Virus record (IMG/VR): IMGVR_UViG_3300041809_000571
Coordinates: 179,841 to 243,840 of that record
DNA length: 64,000 bases
DNA from: a virus
Reading direction: 5' to 3' (one strand)
This document shows, in pieces, positions 17,733 through 27,289 of this stretch. Made by a program: the position numbers and the translations under genes. The notes below the pieces were generated by a model that saw only the letters and a list, made by a program, of their open reading frames with translations, was not told the DNA's origin and did not search any database. The stretch's first letter is position 1; every line of letters begins with the position of its first letter.

Positions 17733-18613
17733 AAGTGTTTCCCCAGTTCGTAACCGGCTAATAGCGCACCGGCAATCTCCGCACCCTTCTTGGTGCCTGC
17801 CCAAATCTTCTGCCACTTCGTCTTGACGGCGACCGCCTTGTATTTCTTCACGGTGTCTTGACACTGCCCGTTGGCGAGCTTAAGCTTGTCGTCATCGGCC
17901 CTTAAAGCGTTAAAGTCCGTGGTCAGGCTGGCATTGGTCTTGGTCAGACCGTCAATAGTTTGGTTCTTAGTCGTTATCTGCTGGTTAAGGTTGTCCACAT
18001 TGCTTGCCAGCCGGTCCCGGTCCAATTTCGTAGCAGTGAATTGCTGCACGGTGGTGATGGGGAAGGTGAGCAACTGTTCTTTCGTCACCGGGTCGGCGGA
18101 TACATTAAGCGTAAGCGGCAGCGGGGTGTTTTTGTAAGAATCCTTCAAGTCCCCAAACACTTCCTGCGCTGACTTGCCCGGCTGGAGAACGGCGGTGATG
18201 GACTGGTCAACCTTGGTGTTAAGGTCTTTGAGTTGCTGGATAAGGCCAGCCTCCTTGGCGTTGGCGGCGGCAATCTGTGTGGCCCACTGCGCCCGGTCAG
18301 CGGCATGTTCCGTCGCCTCTTTCTGATACTGGCTGTCGGCCTGCTTCCACGACTGCTCATACTGAACCATGAGCTTCTCAGATGCCTCTGCACGGTCCAT
18401 GAGTTTGTTATAGCCCCTCAAACCAAACCATCCCCCGATTCCGGCGCAGGTGAGAACCAACAACAGAATTCCAACAACCACGTAGTTAAGGGTAATGTGG
18501 TGATTAGCCAGCTTGTTTAGTAGGTCCTGCGGGACCGTTACGTGCGTTGCGGATGTAGCCACAGTGACGGAGCTTGCATCCGGCTGTGGTGGGCTTAAAG
18601 GTGTGTTTGCCAT
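17729..18613 (-). CDS. Membrane-anchored coiled-coil protein (294 aa); possible spanin or lysis-associated protein
   Basis: Single N-terminal TM helix 'ITLNYVVVGILLLVLTCAGIGGWFGL', then long heptad-like segments rich in Q/K/A/L. Confidence 0.4.
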   Translation of the reverse strand: MANTPLSPPQPDASSVTVATSATHVTVPQDLLNKLANHHITLNYVVVGILLLVLTCAGIGGWFGLRGYNKLMDRAEASEKLMVQYEQSWKQADSQYQKEATEHAADRAQWATQIAAANAKEAGLIQQLKDLNTKVDQSITAVLQPGKSAQEVFGDLKDSYKNTPLPLTLNVSADPVTKEQLLTFPITTVQQFTATKLDRDRLASNVDNLNQQITTKNQTIDGLTKTNASLTTDFNALRADDDKLKLANGQCQDTVKKYKAVAVKTKWQKIWAGTKKGAEIAGALLAGYELGKHL

Positions 18614-18688
18614 AGTTTTCTCCTCTATTTTAGAGGGGAGAAAGATGTAAAACTCAAAAACCCCGCCCTAATATTCAATTTTTACTGT

Positions 18689-19873
18689 TCAATCCTCCTT
18701 GCTACTACCCAACGGAATTGGTAAGGACGGGTCCACCTTTGCTATCTGTTTAGCGGAGAACTTGTAGGTATCGCCGTACTTCTTCACCACTTCCCGGTAG
18801 TTTTTGAAGGCTGGATTTTCCTTTTTCACCCAGTGCTTCATGACGTTATCCTTCACTATTGTGTAAATAATGAAGTAGTTCTTAGGGGATTTGACCTCCC
18901 CTTTCTTAATGGCCTCCACAATTTTGGCAGCGATAGTGGAGGGAACGTGGATACCATCCACGAGAATGAGTTTGCGCACAAGGGCTGTGACCGTCTTCTG
19001 CCGGGACTTCTTGAGCGGCTCATGCTGGTCTTTCCGCTTGGCGGTGGGAACGAGGGGAGACTCTCCCAACTTTGTGTCTTCCCGGATGAGGCTTAAAGCC
19101 TCCTTGATATCCTTCGCCCGGCTGGCGGCGGCGAACTTCCTGCGGACAGTGGAGTCCTTGATTTCCCCAATCTCTTTTTCGGTAGTCGCTTCCTTGAGCG
19201 CCTCGGCCTCCTCGGCGTCAAACTCAGCGTAAAGCTCGGGGAGGGCCTTCTCACCTTCCTTTTCATCGTCTTCTTTAAGGGTGGAAACAAGGGGACAGTA
19301 GTAGTAAGTTCGTATGTCCTTGGGAACATAGGAGAGGTTGAGGAGGTTCCAAACAGGAGTCTCCAGCATGATACTCTTGGTCTTCAAGGTTATACGAATG
19401 ACCGCTCGCCCGGCTCCAATAGCCGTTACCGTCCCACAGAAATCTCGGGTCTCGCCGTTAAGAACCCGGACAAAGGACCCCACCTCTACCCCGGAGGAGT
19501 GTTCCCTGAACTGCTTCTCGGCAGGGGACATAAGCTTTTGAACTTCCGTGTCGGAGACCCTTATTACCTTATTTGGCCGGTTTGAATCTCCCTCAGTGAC
19601 CAGAGACACCACACCCGTGATGGTCTTTAGCCGCAATAGCCCTTGGAAACTATCACTGCGGACAAAGAGGTACGCAGCCGCCGTGAGGTCAAAAACGTCA
19701 AGGTCCCGGTGACCTACCGGTATGAACAATTCCACAGCATCTTCTCGAAAAATCTGAGGTATTTGTTTGCCTATCCGGCGTAGGGTGGGTTCGATGGTCT
19801 TCTCGCTGCGAACTTCCAGCATACACCACTCCTTGCCTTTCAGCTTGGAGCAGTCTCTATATGTTAGTAACAT
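18689..19873 (-). CDS. KOW-domain protein, a NusG/Spt5-like candidate transcription elongation or antitermination factor (394 aa)
   Basis: KOW motif 'VGSFVRVLNGETRDFCGTVTAIG'. Confidence 0.4.
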   Translation of the reverse strand: MLLTYRDCSKLKGKEWCMLEVRSEKTIEPTLRRIGKQIPQIFREDAVELFIPVGHRDLDVFDLTAAAYLFVRSDSFQGLLRLKTITGVVSLVTEGDSNRPNKVIRVSDTEVQKLMSPAEKQFREHSSGVEVGSFVRVLNGETRDFCGTVTAIGAGRAVIRITLKTKSIMLETPVWNLLNLSYVPKDIRTYYYCPLVSTLKEDDEKEGEKALPELYAEFDAEEAEALKEATTEKEIGEIKDSTVRRKFAAASRAKDIKEALSLIREDTKLGESPLVPTAKRKDQHEPLKKSRQKTVTALVRKLILVDGIHVPSTIAAKIVEAIKKGEVKSPKNYFIIYTIVKDNVMKHWVKKENPAFKNYREVVKKYGDTYKFSAKQIAKVDPSLPIPLGSSKED

Positions 19874-19896
19874 GGTCCTCCATTAGATAAATACTG

Positions 19897-21024
19897 TCAG
19901 ATTACCTCCCCTTTCAAAATTGCCTGACTGGAAGAGGCATTTCCGACTACATTCCGGGCGGGCAAAGTCCGAGTGACCGTCTTGCTGACCACCGGTTTTG
20001 ACACTCTCGCCGCCCCCATAAGCTCGTACACAAAGAGGGGGAGGGCATCAGCGGGAATGAACGGGGTCGCTAACCATTTTAGAAATATAGCGGAAGTCTC
20101 CTTAATGTTGGGGAGCGCCTCGGCAATACGAGCAAGCTCCGAGGCTGGCTCCGACCATGGGGACTTGGCATAAAGGGAAAAGGTAGTTTCAATGACCTTG
20201 GTTGGAAGCGCTACCCGTGCTCCATCGTCGGCGAGCTTGACGGCAGCGGCTTGGTCCCCGTGGCTTATAGCCAGCAGGATGCTGTAGCATACGCTTTCGA
20301 GGGGATTATCCAGAACCTTGTCAACGTTCTCCCTGTTAACCTTGCCCAGTGCGGCGGCGAATCCCAGCCAACGGACCGCTTCCCTTATGATGCCTTTGGA
20401 GTGTTTGGCGATGTCCTTGATAGCATCAAGCTCATAATCAATGCCGTTACGGGAGGCTATGCTTGCCATCAGGCCCGTAATCACGTCGTCTGTGGCACGA
20501 TAGAAAGTCAGCGGCAAACAGCGGGACTGGATGGTCTTGGGGATGCGGTTGTCATCGGTGGTAACGAACATGAAAATGCTGTCAGTGTCGGGACGCTCCA
20601 GTGGCTTGAGGAAAACATCCCAAGCTTCCGAAGAAAGCCGATGGGCTTCATCAATCACAGCGACCCGGCGCTTCCCAGTGATGGGCGGCTGCGCCATGCA
20701 GTCCATTAAATTGCGGGCATCTTGCACGCCGGGATGCTCAGCAGCATCCGTTTCAAAGAAGTCGGCGTCATGCTCAATTGTCTCTTGGTCGATGAAGCGA
20801 CAGGAGGGGCACGTTCCACAACCCAGTGGGTCACTCCCGGCGCACATGAGCGCACGGGAAAGAAGGTAGGCCACAGAGGTTTTCCCAAGGCCCCATGGAC
20901 CTTTGAGGATGAAACCACGAGGAAGAAACTTTCCCGTAGTCAGAAGACTCTTGAGTAAGGATACGACCCTGTCTTGTCCCACGACTTCGCTCCAAGCCGT
21001 GGGACGAAAGGAGATTAGATTCAT
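19897..21024 (-). CDS. dnaX: Clamp loader ATPase, DNA polymerase III gamma/tau (DnaX)-like
   Basis: 'VVGQDRVV...GPWGLGKTSVAYLLSRALMC...GCGTCPSCRFI...VAVIDEAHRLS...SRC': AAA+ Walker A and B, Zn module and sensor motifs. Confidence 0.75.
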   Translation of the reverse strand: MNLISFRPTAWSEVVGQDRVVSLLKSLLTTGKFLPRGFILKGPWGLGKTSVAYLLSRALMCAGSDPLGCGTCPSCRFIDQETIEHDADFFETDAAEHPGVQDARNLMDCMAQPPITGKRRVAVIDEAHRLSSEAWDVFLKPLERPDTDSIFMFVTTDDNRIPKTIQSRCLPLTFYRATDDVITGLMASIASRNGIDYELDAIKDIAKHSKGIIREAVRWLGFAAALGKVNRENVDKVLDNPLESVCYSILLAISHGDQAAAVKLADDGARVALPTKVIETTFSLYAKSPWSEPASELARIAEALPNIKETSAIFLKWLATPFIPADALPLFVYELMGAARVSKPVVSKTVTRTLPARNVVGNASSSQAILKGEVI

Positions 21025-21042
21025 AGCGTTACGTTACCTCTC

Positions 21043-21519
21043 CTATGCTTGTTTGGGAATAGAGGCAACGTGAGCCGCCTGCCTTTGCAGGACGGTGCTG
21101 AGCTTCTGGAATCCCTCCACGGCGATGTCGGTCATCTCATCTTGATACTGACCGAGGTCCCGGACATCAACCCATAGAGCATCGGAGTTACCGGAAATCC
21201 TGCCCATACGCTTGGCGAACACGAACACCACCAGCCGGTGGACCTGTTGGTCCTGTCGAATTTCCTCGCACACAAACAGGGCGTGCTGAGGGTCAATGTC
21301 CACCCCGGACCACTCGATAGCAAGACGACGGGACGTTTCAAAGAACGACTCGAAGGACATGATTTGACCGATGGGAACGGTTATCCGGTCTTTGTCGATG
21401 CCTTCCTTGGCTTTGCCGAGAAGCACCAACCCGTGTTCATCCATGACGATTACGGCTACCTCTGCCTGTGGCAGGGAGATGTATGTCTCCCCCTCATCAA
21501 AGTCTTTTTCGACTGCCAT
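21043..21519 (-). CDS. Nudix-like hydrolase (degenerate Nudix box)
   Basis: 'GQIMSFESFFETSRRLAIEWSGV' partly matches G-x5-E-x7-R-E-U-x-E-E-x-G-U. Confidence 0.3.
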   Translation of the reverse strand: MAVEKDFDEGETYISLPQAEVAVIVMDEHGLVLLGKAKEGIDKDRITVPIGQIMSFESFFETSRRLAIEWSGVDIDPQHALFVCEEIRQDQQVHRLVVFVFAKRMGRISGNSDALWVDVRDLGQYQDEMTDIAVEGFQKLSTVLQRQAAHVASIPKQA

Positions 21520-21546
21520 GACTGGCCTCCTTTGTATAATACTGCG

Positions 21547-21924
21547 TTATCTTGACGCCCGAGGGCAAGCCTTCGGGTGTTTCTTACACGCTGCGAGAAT
21601 TTCCTCCACGAAGGGAACAAAATGAACGTACAATCCCCATCCGTTGGAAGCATTGAATTTCTCAAACCGGGCAGGGTCGGCCTTCATCTCAGCTATCGCC
21701 TTGGTGAGCGGCTCAATAAGCTCCTCTGCCTTGGTGATGCCAATCTCCTCGGGTCGCCAGAGGTGCTTATAGATACCCGCTTCCGCTGCCATCCTGCCAA
21801 GATTGTGAGTGATATTGCTATCATACACAACCTCCCTTTCATCCAACTCAGGGAGAGTAGACCCGCACTCCGGGCAGTTCCGCAGCCGGTTTATCGGGTA
21901 CTCAAGGTAGAAATCAAGACTCAT
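21547..21924 (-). CDS. hypothetical protein (start refined to MSLDFY; SD AGCGAGGAG upstream)
   Basis: ORF; 'NCPECG' Zn-ribbon-like. Confidence 0.45.
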   Translation of the reverse strand: MSLDFYLEYPINRLRNCPECGSTLPELDEREVVYDSNITHNLGRMAAEAGIYKHLWRPEEIGITKAEELIEPLTKAIAEMKADPARFEKFNASNGWGLYVHFVPFVEEILAACKKHPKACPRASR

Positions 21925-23221
21925 CCTTAATCTCCTCGCTGGAATCCGCTTCGGTGCCAATCACCGCCAGTCCATAATTTCCCGCACCGTCTAATGCCAA
22001 GGCGTTGATAATGCTGTCAACGATGGTGAGCGTGGCATCATGCATATCGGTCAGCCAGATAGCCCAGAAATCCTTGATTTGCAATCCGCCCTGCGCCTTG
22101 ATGGCGAGCTTGACATGCTTCCTGAATTCCGGCATGTCGAATCCCCGGAGCAGTGCCGCCCCGGCGTCGAAGTTGTTGACGTTGGGATTGATGTCCACGC
22201 TCAAGATAGGCTTGTTGACAATCTTCTCTCCGCCGCCTTTGACCTTCTTGGCAATCGGCTGCACGAGGGTGAGATTCGCCCCGGCAAGTTCGGGGTCATT
22301 AGTCATCTCCATCAGAGTGAACGCCACAGAGGGACTCGTTACTCCCACGGGGTCGCTGACCTTGTGAATACGCACCTGTGACGGGCACCCAAGGCAGGCG
22401 ACAAATTCATTCTCCAAGGGAGTGAAAGCGAAGAAAGCGGAGACAACCTTCTCCATTTCTTTGTCTTCCAACTTCTCCACTTCATCCGGGCGGAACTTGG
22501 CAAGCTCATCCGCACGGGATTTCATCTCTGCCGCATAGCGGGTTCCATTGTAGATTTTATTCAAAAAGAAAGACGGCCATTCCGCTCCCCCGAAAGACCA
22601 ACAGAGGGAGAACGTCTTGGCTCCAAGTTCGTCCAGAGTGGCTCGAAGGGCTAACAGGTCATCCTTAGCCGTAGACTCGGCGTACACCCTGCCGTGCTGG
22701 AAATCCACGATGACGGGAAACTGTTTTCGGCTCATGACGGCGGAAGCATTGACCTGCTCCTCCACAGCTTCTTTTTCCTTCTTAGCGAGGAATTTGAAGG
22801 GACGACCGAAATGCTGGTAAGCAAGGTCTTCCTTCTTGCTCGCCGGGTCAGTCACATCTTTGGGGTCATTCATGACCATCCAAAAGGCAAATGCCTTGTT
22901 GCCGAGGGACAGGGTGCCTTCATTGGGGATAAGCTCCCGGATGGCGGTCCAATCGACTTCAACAGTCTCATCCTTCTCAATTGCCTTAAGCAGGGATAGG
23001 CATTCCACGGGAAACTCTTTTCCCACCTGTTCATCCAGCCGGGGCTTTCCATAGGGGTTCATGCCCGCCGTAGCTTGTCCGTGAAACTTGATGGCGGTGC
23101 CTGCGGCGAATTGTGAATTCTTGAACGCCAGAAGGTCCACACCGAGGCTTTCTTGAAACTTGGTTATGGAGTCCGGCTCCACTCCGAAAACTGCCCAATT
23201 ACCCCGACCAAAAATGCTCAT
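21914..23221 (-). CDS. hypothetical protein (435 aa)
   Basis: Long ORF inside the replication module; no motif recognised. Confidence 0.5.
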   Translation of the reverse strand: MSIFGRGNWAVFGVEPDSITKFQESLGVDLLAFKNSQFAAGTAIKFHGQATAGMNPYGKPRLDEQVGKEFPVECLSLLKAIEKDETVEVDWTAIRELIPNEGTLSLGNKAFAFWMVMNDPKDVTDPASKKEDLAYQHFGRPFKFLAKKEKEAVEEQVNASAVMSRKQFPVIVDFQHGRVYAESTAKDDLLALRATLDELGAKTFSLCWSFGGAEWPSFFLNKIYNGTRYAAEMKSRADELAKFRPDEVEKLEDKEMEKVVSAFFAFTPLENEFVACLGCPSQVRIHKVSDPVGVTSPSVAFTLMEMTNDPELAGANLTLVQPIAKKVKGGGEKIVNKPILSVDINPNVNNFDAGAALLRGFDMPEFRKHVKLAIKAQGGLQIKDFWAIWLTDMHDATLTIVDSIINALALDGAGNYGLAVIGTEADSSEEIKDES

Positions 23222-24072
23222 TCTTTTTCCCCTTTGGAATAGTAGTTTTCGGCCTTATTGCCGTCTTTCAAACAAGCCTTGATGTACTCTCTTGCCGCCT
23301 CTTCCCCGTCTTTCTTAAGAATGCGGGATACGGTGACGAGCATACTCACATAACCACCGCCCGGCAAATAGCTGCCCGGCAAGGTGAAGCCACGCTGAGC
23401 AGGCATGACCGTAGTCCCCGTCATCCCAAGAGTGGGACCATAACCAGTGGTATCATCCGGGTCCGGCGTTCCCTCTATCACTCCCGAACTAACGGGGGGT
23501 GAGGGATAAAGTTCTTCGATGATTTCCGCAACGAGGTCCCATGCCCTCGGGTCGGGACTCTCTTTACTTGATGTGTAAGCGACGATGTCCCGATTACACC
23601 GGGAACAGTGGTTCACCGTCATGGTGTTGGAGTAAAACTCATCCACCACCACTTCAAGGGTAGTCTGCTTATCCCAGTAGTGGAAGCAGTCTACGAGCTT
23701 GCAGCGAGAACAAAGACGAACGTACTGGTAGTACTTGTCATTGCCCTCGCAGGTGATAGTCTGCCACTTCCAAGCGAGACAGGCATTGACCCAATCGTGT
23801 CCCTTCCGCCAGCAATCAAACCACGTGCGGTCGTTGATGTCGTAGTGATGAGTCCTGACTTGCTCGTGATAGTGTCCCTCAAAGCTATCTACGACCATGT
23901 GTATGGACGGAAGTTCATTTGACACTGGGGGCCTCCATTTCGCACTCTCCCGGACCGGGCTGTTGCGGACGGGGTGGTAACGTGGCATAGGGATAATGGT
24001 CATGACCATCCCTGCCCGTTTTGGGATTAAAGTCCCGATAGATGTCTTTGCGCTTCCACCACCATGGAGCAT
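23218..24072 (-). CDS. hypothetical Cys/His-rich protein (start uncertain)
   Basis: ORF. Confidence 0.4.
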   Translation of the reverse strand: MLHGGGSAKTSIGTLIPKRAGMVMTIIPMPRYHPVRNSPVRESAKWRPPVSNELPSIHMVVDSFEGHYHEQVRTHHYDINDRTWFDCWRKGHDWVNACLAWKWQTITCEGNDKYYQYVRLCSRCKLVDCFHYWDKQTTLEVVVDEFYSNTMTVNHCSRCNRDIVAYTSSKESPDPRAWDLVAEIIEELYPSPPVSSGVIEGTPDPDDTTGYGPTLGMTGTTVMPAQRGFTLPGSYLPGGGYVSMLVTVSRILKKDGEEAAREYIKACLKDGNKAENYYSKGEKE

Positions 24073-24499
24073 CCTTGGCTATACCAATATGCCATCTGCC
24101 GGTGTTATCTTCCACGCACGTACCGGGAGTGGGAATGTTGCCGTCCCGGTGGTCTTGCATCTTGACTAACCCATCCTCCAAGTACACATCAAAGCGGAGA
24201 CCGCAGATACAGCAATCGAAATCCCTAGTCTCCCTTTGAAAATAGAGACTCTGGAACTGGTGACATTGAGGGCACTCAATTAGCCCAAAGTCTCCGTCCC
24301 GATTAACCACGTACACTGTGCGAGACCACCCGAGTTTCTTGCGCCGGTCCCGGAGTTTCCACTTGGTGTACTTGTCGGCTGCCCACATGTACCAGACCAT
24401 CGGACTAAGATGGTAAGTCCAGTGGCGATGCAGTCCTTTCCAAAACCCGAACCGCTGGATGGCGTAAATGAGATACCACTCCTTGAGCCTCTTTCCCAT
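23915..24499 (-). CDS. hypothetical protein with a CPQC...CCIC Zn ribbon (start refined to MGKRLKEW)
   Basis: GAGTATTAAAGAACAGGAGAGGGGC-ATG lies upstream of this internal Met. Confidence 0.45.
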   Translation of the reverse strand: MGKRLKEWYLIYAIQRFGFWKGLHRHWTYHLSPMVWYMWAADKYTKWKLRDRRKKLGWSRTVYVVNRDGDFGLIECPQCHQFQSLYFQRETRDFDCCICGLRFDVYLEDGLVKMQDHRDGNIPTPGTCVEDNTGRWHIGIAKDAPWWWKRKDIYRDFNPKTGRDGHDHYPYATLPPRPQQPGPGECEMEAPSVK

Positions 24500-24515
24500 G
24501 CCCCTCTCCTGTTCT

Positions 24516-25256
24516 TTAATACTCGAAATACTTGGCGGTTCGTGATTGTAAGTCTCTTGCCCACTCATATTTTTCCAGTGCCTTACTGGGGTCCTTTTTC
24601 GTACACTCACAGATTATAACCTGCATAACCTTGATGTTTCTCCGCTGCTGTTCCATGGACTCCTCACCCTGAATCTCATTGTCGTACATCAACAACAGCC
24701 GCTTCACCCCAAGGATACGAAGGTAGGCAATGTGATTCTTTCCTACCTTCTTGGTGAGGGGAGACATTATGGGAAAGCTCGGGCAAATCAGGCGCATTGC
24801 CAACAGGTCAAACGGGCCTTCCACGCACATAACCGACTGGGTCTCAATGATTTGCCTGATAGTCTCAGGGTCATTACCCAACCAGTTTGGACCAATGTAT
24901 TTTTCCTTATCCCCAACATACTGATATTTCCCATCTACACTCCACAGAGCGCTCCCCTCCAGCGGCTTGGTTTGCGCACGGGGGTAGGTCCCATCAGCGG
25001 AGCGCATGGGGAAGATAAACGCCGGGCCGGGGATAATGAGTTTGGGGATGTAGAGACACCCCAGTCGGGTTACAACATCCCTAAAGCGACCCTCGTATAT
25101 GGGAAGAGATTCCTCCCAGTGGCGCTCCTGTATAATTTTCTGAATGGTCGTCGCTTCGAGAGTCTTATCCGGGTACTTCTCTACGAGACGCTGATAGATG
25201 AGCTTGGTCTCGGCAATAATCCGGGGGACATCGGTGCGGAACCAATCATTTTGCAT
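24516..25256 (-). CDS. DnaG-type primase catalytic core (RNA-polymerase + TOPRIM domains); lacks a zinc-binding domain
   Basis: 'KYQYVGDK...YIGPNWLG' (cf. KYLNSPET...LF.K), TOPRIM 'VMCVEGPFDLLAM' (E-G-x-x-D) and 'LLLMYDNEIQG' (D-x-D-x-x-G-like). Confidence 0.55.
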   Translation of the reverse strand: MQNDWFRTDVPRIIAETKLIYQRLVEKYPDKTLEATTIQKIIQERHWEESLPIYEGRFRDVVTRLGCLYIPKLIIPGPAFIFPMRSADGTYPRAQTKPLEGSALWSVDGKYQYVGDKEKYIGPNWLGNDPETIRQIIETQSVMCVEGPFDLLAMRLICPSFPIMSPLTKKVGKNHIAYLRILGVKRLLLMYDNEIQGEESMEQQRRNIKVMQVIICECTKKDPSKALEKYEWARDLQSRTAKYFEY

Positions 25257-25446
25257 CTTTCATCTCTTCCAACAATCCAGCAAACTCCACAAACTGTGCC
25301 TCAGACTCCGGGTCGTCAGGAGGACACAGGTTGCACACCAGTTTCGGGTAAGGACGCACCGTACCGTTGTAGCATACATGGGTCTTCCCTTTAATATACT
25401 GCATCAGCAGTTGAATCTTCGGATTGTTAGACGGCAGGGCTGCCAT
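25246..25446 (-). CDS. hypothetical small protein (MAALPSNN...)
   Basis: ORF. Confidence 0.35.
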   Translation of the reverse strand: MAALPSNNPKIQLLMQYIKGKTHVCYNGTVRPYPKLVCNLCPPDDPESEAQFVEFAGLLEEMKDAK

Positions 25447-25822
25447 TTTCCGCCTTACTCTGGATGATGGCTTCGGGAACCGCAGCCGGGATATCAAACT
25501 GACCGAGGACCCACATGAACGCCACGATGTCCCGATAGTCCTGCAAGAGTACCTCCGGGTCCCTCAGTCCCCGGTTGAACTGCTCCACAAGCTCCTGTTT
25601 GGTGTATGCCGGTGTAAACCCCTTGGGGTTTTTACAGAACTCAGGGTTGGTGGAACCGCATACGACGCACCCTACAACTTTTCTTCCCACTATCTTAGCG
25701 TTCTTACAGTTGTAAGGACAGGGCTTGAGGTTCCTGAGAATGAAACGGCGTCGGTACCGGCGCACCAAGTTTTGCAACCGGACGAGAATCTCCGACACGG
25801 ATTTGAGTTTGACCGTGTTCAT
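25427..25822 (-). CDS. hypothetical Cys-rich protein (CPYNC...GCVVCGS...FCKN)
   Basis: ORF; possible metal cluster. Confidence 0.4.
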   Translation of the reverse strand: MNTVKLKSVSEILVRLQNLVRRYRRRFILRNLKPCPYNCKNAKIVGRKVVGCVVCGSTNPEFCKNPKGFTPAYTKQELVEQFNRGLRDPEVLLQDYRDIVAFMWVLGQFDIPAAVPEAIIQSKAENGSPAV

Positions 25823-25823
25823 C

Positions 25824-26492
25824 TCACCCCTGAAAATCTTCGTCCGTGATGCCGTCGTATTCCTTAAGCCGCAAAGAGGGAACACCGCCATCCATTACCA
25901 ACTCATAAATACGGGTAGCCGCCTCGGCGAGGCGCTTCTGCCCCGTGATGGCGAGAATGGTGAACCCAAAATCATTGGCAAGGCTGTGCAGCATCGTGGA
26001 CATCCGGGACTGATTCTTCGCCCCGTTGATGTTGTTGAGCGACTCATCCAAGAAGATGGCCTTCGCCAGCTTGAATCTCTTTATCATGATGATGCGAAGC
26101 AGGAAGGCGCATACGTTCTGCACCCCCCCGCCGAAGGTCGTCATGATGGGACCCACCGTCTCTCCCTGCTTGCACAGGAGACGGTAGTTGTACCCCCGAG
26201 CGGTCTCCTTCTTTTCCACAACGAAGGAAATAGGCTCGGGTTCATCCTTGAATACCTGTTGGAGTCCAGCGGTAACGATGGACTCAATCTTGGTGATACC
26301 GTTGGCGCTCACCACCTCTATGCATTTGTCGATAAGGCCCAGTGCCTTCTGGAGGTCCAGCTTCTCCTCTTCAATGCGCTTAATCTTGTCGTTGAGCCGG
26401 GAGATATTGGACTGCTCGTAGACGAGTTGCTGCTCAAGGCGCTTGGCACCAGAACGGAAGGTGGTGATGCGGTTGGTGATGGAGTAGTCCAC
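25824..26492 (-). CDS. ABC/SMC-type ATPase C-terminal lobe (coiled coil + signature-like motif + Walker B); possible C-terminal half of a split Rad50/SbcC-like protein
   Basis: 'FGGGVQNVCAFLL' (signature-like), 'AIFLDESLNNI' (Walker B), 'ILAITGQ' (H/Q-loop-like). No Walker A. Confidence 0.4.
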   Translation of the reverse strand: MDYSITNRITTFRSGAKRLEQQLVYEQSNISRLNDKIKRIEEEKLDLQKALGLIDKCIEVVSANGITKIESIVTAGLQQVFKDEPEPISFVVEKKETARGYNYRLLCKQGETVGPIMTTFGGGVQNVCAFLLRIIMIKRFKLAKAIFLDESLNNINGAKNQSRMSTMLHSLANDFGFTILAITGQKRLAEAATRIYELVMDGGVPSLRLKEYDGITDEDFQG

Positions 26493-26881
26493 TATTTCTT
26501 TCCTTTGAGAAGCTCTTTCAGACGGAAATTACGGCGATACAGCTTCTCCGCCTCTCCCTTGAAGTAGGCGATTTTGGAGGAGAGTTCCTTGTAACTCTCA
26601 TTGTCACAAGGGACGTAGCCGCCCACATAAATAGCCGCACGACGAACCGGCCATAGGTCCATACAGGTAATATCGAGTTTGATAGTGAAGTCCTTGTATC
26701 CGTGACGAATGAGAAAATCACGGAGAACTTCCATCTCCTGACCGCCTACAATGTCAAGCTCCACCCACATCCCATGCCCGCATGAGCAGGTGGTGTTCCA
26801 GCCGTTGTCCCGGAGAAGCTTCACCAATTTGCGGATGGGAGCTTCGATGCCCTCGTAGAACTCGTTAAGCTTTCGGGACAT
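26492..26881 (-). CDS. hypothetical protein (start refined to MSRKLNEF)
   Basis: ORF; the annotated N-terminal extension has odd Ser/Arg-rich composition. Confidence 0.4.
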   Translation of the reverse strand: MSRKLNEFYEGIEAPIRKLVKLLRDNGWNTTCSCGHGMWVELDIVGGQEMEVLRDFLIRHGYKDFTIKLDITCMDLWPVRRAAIYVGGYVPCDNESYKELSSKIAYFKGEAEKLYRRNFRLKELLKGKK

Positions 26882-27092
26882 CCGTAGCGACCGCTGCGGC
26901 AGGTGCTTCTGCCTTGACCGGGACTTGCTTGTTGTGGAAGGTGAGGATGTCATAGCTTCCCGATACCAGCCCGGAAGGATACACAGCGAACACCTTCTCT
27001 CCCTCCAAGGACCGCTTGTTGAGGTGGTCTTTGAGCAGGCGGCTTTGCACCGTCTCAAAATTGTACACTTGCACTTGCTTGGTTGCTGCCAT
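26865..27092 (-). CDS. hypothetical protein (75 aa)
   Basis: ORF. Confidence 0.4.
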   Translation of the reverse strand: MAATKQVQVYNFETVQSRLLKDHLNKRSLEGEKVFAVYPSGLVSGSYDILTFHNKQVPVKAEAPAAAVATDVPKA

Positions 27093-27100
27093 GTGGCTCC

Positions 27101-27274
27101 TTAGTCTGTTGCTGCCAACAGAGTCATGCTCTCAATCCGCTCGCTCGGGGACAATCGCCGCTCCGCCTTTTTCATGGCGAGCTTGAATGTAGCAGCGTGT
27201 ACCTTGAACGAGTCGTAATTGAACCCCCACCGTTTGTGTTCGGTGTTGATTTTGTAGATTCTCACTTGTCTCAT
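27101..27274 (-). CDS. hypothetical small protein (57 aa, MRQVRIYKINTEHKRWGFNYDSF...)
   Basis: Below the track threshold; preceded by GGTATTAAAGAGAAGGGAGTCTT-ATG. Confidence 0.35.
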   Translation of the reverse strand: MRQVRIYKINTEHKRWGFNYDSFKVHAATFKLAMKKAERRLSPSERIESMTLLAATD

Positions 27275-27289
27275 AAGACTCCCTTCTCT

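Noticed and set aside
18614-18688. Hairpin TCTCCTCTA-TTTT-AGAGGGGAGA considered as an intrinsic terminator
   Set aside because: On the transcribed (minus) strand no U-tract follows it, and the hairpin overlaps the SD of the next gene. It is more likely a translational regulatory structure, if it has a function at all.
25246-25497. Initial thought that this 83-aa ORF was the primase zinc finger (it overlaps the TOPRIM gene start by 11 nt)
   Set aside because: Its Cys/His spacing does not fit CHC2. A genuine CHC2 primase zinc-binding domain exists at 41828-42508.
26882-27058. N-terminal extension of ORF 26492-27058 (MRRCKAACSK...SRSRQKHLPQRSLR)
   Set aside because: It has Ser/Arg-rich junk-like composition and overlaps a better-looking 75-aa ORF (26865-27092) in another frame. 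The internal Met at 26881 is preferred.
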